A stretch of DNA of 64,000 bases from a bacterium (GTDB lineage Bacteria > UBA10199 > 2-02-FULL-44-16 > JAAZCA01), in the NCBI GenBank assembly GCA_963674695.2, contig CAXXGI010000002.1, forward strand, positions 192,001 through 256,000, in the 5' to 3' direction. This document shows positions 59,138 to 64,000 of the stretch, piece by piece (position 1 is the stretch's first letter; each line of letters starts with the position of its first letter). The notes below the pieces were generated by a model. The model was not told the DNA's origin. It worked only from the letters and a program-made list of their open reading frames with translations, and did no database searches. Position numbers and translations under genes: made by a program.

Positions 59138-60022
59138 TCAATTCCCCTTTTCCATCAGGATCTCATAGAAACAGCTCGCCGCGTCGGTGAGCGCGGCATC
59201 GCGTTTGCGCACGAGGCAGATCGTGCGTTTGAAAGGGTCGCCCTGGATGCGCACGCCGATGGCGCGGCGCTTCGGGATTTCCTCTTCGATGAACGATTGG
59301 GAGAGCAGCGCCACCCCCATGCCGACCTCGGCCAGGCGCACGGCGGCCGAGTTGATGTAGACGTCGATGATCTCGCGCGGGACGATTCCCTCCTTGTGAA
59401 AGACCTCGTCGATGATGCGGCGCGTGCGGCTGCGGCGCGGATAGATGAGCAGCGGATGCTCGGCCAGTGTCTCCAGCGTGATGCGCTTCTTTTTGGCCAG
59501 CGCGTGCGTGCGGGCCACGAGCGCATCGAACCGATCGTGATAGAGGATCTCCTCGTTCAAGAGCGGGTGTGAACGCGCCCCCGCGGAGATGATCCCCAGG
59601 TCGTAGTGTCCGCGCAGGACCCCCTCTTCGATATCCTTCGAGTCGTCCACATCCAGTTGAATTTTCACCTTGGGATAGCGGTCGCGAAACCGCGCCAGCG
59701 CCGGCGGCACGACCGTCTGCGTCGAGGCATCGGTGAGGCCGAGCTTGAGCGTTCCGACCGGGCCGCTGGTCTGTTGGGCAAGCTGGGCGAGCGCCTGCGA
59801 TTCCTCCAGGAGATGGCGCGCCTTGCCCAAAAAGAGGCGACCGAAATCATTCAGCGCCAGGCGTCGGCCGCTGCGATCGAAGAGCTCGCGCCCCACCTCC
59901 TCCTCCAGGCGGGCCAGATGTTGGCTGACCCCCGGCTGGGTCATCCCCAAGCGCTGGGCCGCCCGCGTGGCGGTCCCGTCTTCGGCGACCGCGATAAAGA
60001 TGGTCAGGTCGATGAGGTCCAT
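59138..60022 (-). CDS. LysR-family transcriptional regulator
   Basis: N-terminal TRAAQRLGMTQPGVSQHLARLEEE...LFDR HTH. Confidence 0.95.
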   Translation of the reverse strand: MDLIDLTIFIAVAEDGTATRAAQRLGMTQPGVSQHLARLEEEVGRELFDRSGRRLALNDFGRLFLGKARHLLEESQALAQLAQQTSGPVGTLKLGLTDASTQTVVPPALARFRDRYPKVKIQLDVDDSKDIEEGVLRGHYDLGIISAGARSHPLLNEEILYHDRFDALVARTHALAKKKRITLETLAEHPLLIYPRRSRTRRIIDEVFHKEGIVPREIIDVYINSAAVRLAEVGMGVALLSQSFIEEEIPKRRAIGVRIQGDPFKRTICLVRKRDAALTDAASCFYEILMEKGN

Positions 60023-60040
60023 GATTCCTCCGGCGATTCA

Positions 60041-60087
60041 ATAAGATAGCATTATGTGACCAATCATAACGAATAATTTCATATTAT
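60041..60087. promoter_or_regulatory. Two LysR boxes (ATAA-N7-TTAT)
   Basis: ataagatagcattat (60041-60055) and ataatttcatattat (60073-60087) in the divergent intergenic region. Confidence 0.7.
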
Positions 60088-60175
60088 ACAACCCCGGTGC
60101 CATACTGGCTTCAAATCAAGCGATCGATTCTCCCTCTTTCCATGAGGGGAAGAGGACCATTTGAGGAGGTGGACC

Positions 60176-60427
60176 ATGTTTAACATTTTAGAGCTGTTGC
60201 TCGGACGGCGCTTTCAGCGAAGCGTCACGTCCGAGACAAAACGAAGGGATGAGGAGCGCGAATTCGTCCGGCGGTATGCCCAGAAAAACCGCTATCCGGC
60301 GATCAAGACGATTCGTGCCGAGACGCTCATCACACCGGATACCTCAAGCGATGACGGCGTTCGCATGCCGTCTCAAAAGCGCACCAAGCGTGCGAGTATT
60401 CGCCGGGGGATGGTGCGTCGCCCCTGA
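60176..60427 (+). CDS. Small basic hypothetical protein
   Basis: GAGGAGG RBS; 83 aa, Arg-rich; divergent from LysR. Confidence 0.55.
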   Translation: MFNILELLLGRRFQRSVTSETKRRDEEREFVRRYAQKNRYPAIKTIRAETLITPDTSSDDGVRMPSQKRTKRASIRRGMVRRP

Positions 60428-60700
60428 TGAGGGGTCTGCGAAAGCGATGCACGGGGCTCGGTCCAAGGATCGGGCCCCGATTGCATATAAGCAGTCATTA
60501 TCATCTCTATAAATTCTTATAATTTCCAATTATAAAACGAGTGTGGCAGAATGGGTCTCGTTGATACGGGAACAGACGCAATTAGGCGAACATTCCCAAA
60601 GGGCCCAAAAAGCCCAACCACACACATCCAGGGCGAGCCGCAGGATTTGAATCTCAGATTTTTCGACCGCGCCATTGGAGAAACATTTTGGAGGTAGGCC

Positions 60701-61543
60701 ATGAAGAACCAGACCATGAATACGAACATCGATTTGAACACGATCACCACCAGCACGGAGCCGCTCTATGTGACGCGCGACTACCTGACCGGTACGCTCT
60801 GCCGTGAAGGCCGCTCGACCTTGAGCGACGTCATCGGTATCTATGCGAAGACCGGAAATGATTACGTCCAGGTTTCCAAGGGTATCCTCTTCTATAGCCT
60901 CTATGCCGAGGGAGAGCTCGTCATCGTCGATCAGATCGGCGAGAACCAGACCTTCACCCGTGAGGTCATCGAAGCGTTGCCGTTGAACTTCTTGCCCGAG
61001 GCGTTCACAAGCGTTTGGACGAACACCATTCGCCAGAACGTCACCGCCGGTGCGAATCTCGGACGCAATGATGTATTGAACCTCTGGCGCTCCTTCATGA
61101 TCGAGGCGATGTATGGGAAGGAAAACCTGATCAACGCCACAGGCGTGCCGTTTACCACCGAGATGCACAAGGGCGCGCTCAACGCCTCGCGCGACATCCT
61201 CTGCTATACCCTCTATCATGAGGGCGTGCATCAGGTGTTCGATTTCGTCGGAACGGGCAACGGAACCACGCAGGAGAACGTGCTGAACACGCCGATGGAA
61301 TTTCTGCCGACAGAGCTCAAGACCGAATGGCGCAAGACGGTGCTCGGTCGCATTCCGACCGGTGCTGCGACCACGCGCGACGAGGTCATGAACATCTGGA
61401 AGAACTTCTGTCTGCACACGGTCTATGAAGGAAACGACGCCATCGTGAACACCTATGCCAATATCGGCAAGGACGCGTCGAGTTTCGCCCGCATGGTCGG
61501 CATCTGCGGACCGATCGTTCCCACCCGGAACGCCGTGATGTAA
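60701..61543 (+). CDS. Orphan with a tandem ~85-aa internal duplication
   Basis: GGAGG RBS; IL.Y.LY.EG...P..FLP.....W......R..V.N.W..F....Y occurs twice. Confidence 0.75.
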   Translation: MKNQTMNTNIDLNTITTSTEPLYVTRDYLTGTLCREGRSTLSDVIGIYAKTGNDYVQVSKGILFYSLYAEGELVIVDQIGENQTFTREVIEALPLNFLPEAFTSVWTNTIRQNVTAGANLGRNDVLNLWRSFMIEAMYGKENLINATGVPFTTEMHKGALNASRDILCYTLYHEGVHQVFDFVGTGNGTTQENVLNTPMEFLPTELKTEWRKTVLGRIPTGAATTRDEVMNIWKNFCLHTVYEGNDAIVNTYANIGKDASSFARMVGICGPIVPTRNAVM

Positions 61544-61568
61544 GGCAGGCATGAACGTCCCGTATACG

Positions 61569-61641
61569 CACCGATACGCCGGTCATCCGTTTGGCTCCAA
61601 ACCCCAAACCCCCACGGATGGCCGGCGATCGGTGTTTTTTT
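61569..61641 (+). terminator. Long hairpin plus U tract
   Basis: caccgatacgccggtcatccgt / acggatggccggcgatcggtg followed by T7. Confidence 0.7.
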
Positions 61642-61689
61642 GTGCAAGCCACGTCAATTTTACCGAGCCAAACAATGTTGAAAAAGAGG

Positions 61690-61716
61690 GCATCATTTTG
61701 TGGGTGTCTCCGATAA
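61690..61716 (+). promoter_or_regulatory. Sigma28-like promoter
   Basis: GCAT-N15-TCCGATAA; begins GCATCATTTT, like the paralog's promoter at 57776. Confidence 0.55.
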
Positions 61717-61750
61717 CTCTAGTGTTGAGGGGGATACGCCACAGGAGCAT

Positions 61751-63397
61751 ATGATGGGCAACGTCAAACGCAGACTGGTGAAAGATTTCTACCCGCCGTG
61801 TGAACAGCTCGGCGAAAAAAAAGGAGAGCCCTTCGAGTGCGCCTGCAAGGTGCTCGTTCGCCAGTGCTTTGGCAAGAAGAAGAAGGGGCAGAAGAACGTT
61901 TCGCTCGATGGGGCATCTCGATCCTTTTCGATCGAGTCGGGCATTCCCTGTGCCGAGGCGGCTCCGGGTCTCTTTAACGGAGTCAGCCGGTGGCAGGATA
62001 TTAAAACGAATGTGCGCATCGACGGCAAGCACGTCCTGACGAAGGCATGCAAGGCGAAGGTGAAGACGAAGGAACGAAAGAAGAAGAAAAAGGCGCCCGC
62101 GGCCGAAGGGGTCGCTTCCAAGGAAAAACCGTCCGAGGAGCGGAAACCGCAAAAGAGCAAACCACGGGATGTCGCGCCCGATCTCGATAGAGAAGAAGGG
62201 GGGCCGGCGCAAGAGACGATCCTCGACACGAATTTGTCCGTGCCGAAATCACGAGGCGTTCTCTTCTCCCCGCTCGCACGCGAGCTGTGGCAAGAATACG
62301 CCCTTGCGCATCTCACACAGCTGCATGCGAATCACTCTATTCGCCCGAAGGCGGTCGGTACGATGGGCGCCGCACAGGATCGTGATCAGAATCATGCCAT
62401 CGGCAGTGCACGGGTCGGTGTGCAGGCCTTCTCACTCTGGAACGATCACTTTTCCTCTTCGGCGGACGTCGCCTTCGCGGCCGGAAAGACCGCTGCGGGC
62501 TTTCGGCGCACGAACGATCCGGGGACGTTTCGCCTCGATGCTTCCGGCGACGGCACCTTCATGGAGGTCGACGAGCTCTCATTCGAGGTCATCTGGGCGG
62601 ACGAGCTGCGCAAGAAAGAGCATGTCTATGCGGTGCACGCCCGCGCGGGTGCGGCCGACGATATCGGCAAGGGCATCGACTATGGCCTCTCGCACAGCGC
62701 CGGCTGGTGGGGCGGCACGAAGCTCATCGGCTCCGGCGTCGGTGCGGGTATAGCACCTGAATTCATCCTGCATGACGGTGCGCTGAAGATCGGGGGCTCG
62801 GTCGGCCTGATCGACGAGGAGAGCGGATCGGCAGAGACGAAGAAGGACGGGAGCGCCGTGCAGGGCTCGGCGCACATCCAGGGGGATGCGATCGCAGGTC
62901 AGCTGGACCTGGGCCTTGCCTTCCACGGATCGGGCGGCTTCGCCGGTACGGGCGCCGGGGCCGTGAAGGGACAACAGCTCTATACGGTCGACGCCGGGAT
63001 CGGCGGCAATTGGAGAGACACCGTGCATCGCGTGACGGCCAATGTTCGCTATCATCGCTTCGAGTCGAAGGGGGATCTGGACTTCAACCAATACGCCGGT
63101 TCAGTCGGCTATCGCGTTCTCTACGGGGGCTACTCGTTCATCTTCCACGGGACGGCGCTCGCCTCGTTCGTCCGGCGCGATGAAGGCGCAACGGAGCGGG
63201 TCGTCTCATCGGACGGGAAGACGACCGTGCCGATGCTGGACAACACTGGCATGGAGGTGACGCTTCGACCCGGGATCATGCTCAGGGGGATCGGTATCAG
63301 ACCCGAGATCTCGCTGATGGGGATGGGTCATGACGGAATGGATTTTGCCTGGTCCGGTATGCTCACCGTTGGCATTGGGCCGGAGGTCTTTGAATAA
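61751..63397 (+). CDS. Orphan: Cys-rich N-terminal domain + Lys-rich linker + C-terminal beta-barrel, no signal peptide
   Basis: AGGAG RBS; N-terminus homologous to the 57627 gene, C-terminus to the 30294 gene. Confidence 0.75.
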   Translation: MMGNVKRRLVKDFYPPCEQLGEKKGEPFECACKVLVRQCFGKKKKGQKNVSLDGASRSFSIESGIPCAEAAPGLFNGVSRWQDIKTNVRIDGKHVLTKACKAKVKTKERKKKKKAPAAEGVASKEKPSEERKPQKSKPRDVAPDLDREEGGPAQETILDTNLSVPKSRGVLFSPLARELWQEYALAHLTQLHANHSIRPKAVGTMGAAQDRDQNHAIGSARVGVQAFSLWNDHFSSSADVAFAAGKTAAGFRRTNDPGTFRLDASGDGTFMEVDELSFEVIWADELRKKEHVYAVHARAGAADDIGKGIDYGLSHSAGWWGGTKLIGSGVGAGIAPEFILHDGALKIGGSVGLIDEESGSAETKKDGSAVQGSAHIQGDAIAGQLDLGLAFHGSGGFAGTGAGAVKGQQLYTVDAGIGGNWRDTVHRVTANVRYHRFESKGDLDFNQYAGSVGYRVLYGGYSFIFHGTALASFVRRDEGATERVVSSDGKTTVPMLDNTGMEVTLRPGIMLRGIGIRPEISLMGMGHDGMDFAWSGMLTVGIGPEVFE

Positions 63398-63410
63398 AGA
63401 GGACACGCAT

Positions 63411-64000
63411 ATGGGAAACGATATCACCAAACCCCGCCAGGCGCGGGCGGCATGCAAAGAGACGTTCACAAAGGGGAGCGCAAAACGCCGCCTCTGTTTG
63501 AAAAACGTCACGGCCTGTTCGAAGGCGAACAAGGCCGACGCGGGCGACGATGCGGCCCAAGATGAGTATGTGGCTTGTCTAAACGGTGTCGTGACGGCAG
63601 CGGAGAAGGGGGCGGGCCTCTCCCGCAACAATGCGCCATCGCGTCCGGTGAAAAAGAAGAAAAAGCCGAGACGGGGAGCGGATGCCGATCGTTCACGCAA
63701 GCGGAAGGGACGGTCTCATCGCGCGCGTCAGCAAAAGACGCCGCGCGCATCGGAGGGGAGTTTCATCTCGCGCTGGACCAGTGGCGGGCTGAACGTGGAG
63801 GAGGCCCTCCTCGATATCAAGGAGAGCCGGCACTATGCCCGTTATAGCAACCGCGACGATGAGTCGCTCGTCTGTGCTCTCGAGATCACGCCGAGCCGGA
63901 AGCTCAACGTCGACTGGTGTGCGCAATACGATCAGGAGAAAAAGGAGCTCAAGGCCAAGACGACTTCACCGGCGGTGCTGCAATACGTCAAGTCGTTCAG
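63411..64000 (+). CDS. Orphan Cys/Lys-rich protein (runs off the window)
   Basis: Not in the ORF track. AGAGG RBS; MGNDITKPRQARAACKETF...LCLKNVTAC...VKKKKKPRR, open to the window end. Confidence 0.7.
   Translation, partial: MGNDITKPRQARAACKETFTKGSAKRRLCLKNVTACSKANKADAGDDAAQDEYVACLNGVVTAAEKGAGLSRNNAPSRPVKKKKKPRRGADADRSRKRKGRSHRARQQKTPRASEGSFISRWTSGGLNVEEALLDIKESRHYARYSNRDDESLVCALEITPSRKLNVDWCAQYDQEKKELKAKTTSPAVLQYVKSF

Overview
The window has two parts. Bases 1-~10.1 kb are a lower-GC prophage head/packaging segment on the minus strand: two DNA methyltransferases, a small terminase-like gene, a portal-gpF fusion, protease/scaffold, decoration protein and major capsid. An AbiEi/AbiEii toxin-antitoxin pair sits where the large terminase would be expected. 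The rest is GC-rich chromosome of a diderm, deltaproteobacteria-like organism (inferred from the split F0 atpZIBE operon, a Cys/TM/Arg C-terminal sorting signal and a myxobacterial-type OM barrel). It carries CIRCE-groESL, a CHASE2 cyclase with a FecR-like partner, an S8 protease with a stand-alone propeptide-like gene, a peptide/amino-acid catabolism neighbourhood (POT transporter, tryptophanase, peptidase, Lon-like protease, ADP-forming acyl-CoA synthetase, IorAB), hpnH and LysR. Most notable: (1) signal-peptide-less, Cys/Lys-rich orphan proteins that share modules pairwise (a Cys-rich N-terminal domain and a C-terminal beta-barrel) and sit behind a shared sigma28-like promoter motif; (2) a four-helix-bundle (IVP/bAvd-like) gene bracketed by 40-nt inverted arms built from 8-mer repeats, inserted between iorA and iorB; (3) a twice-occurring ~145-nt structured element whose outer stem covaries; (4) a ~240-nt fold-back upstream of cdd; (5) ten GTCAT...ATGAC REP-like elements of several subfamilies. 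All calls come from reading the sequence; no database searches were run.
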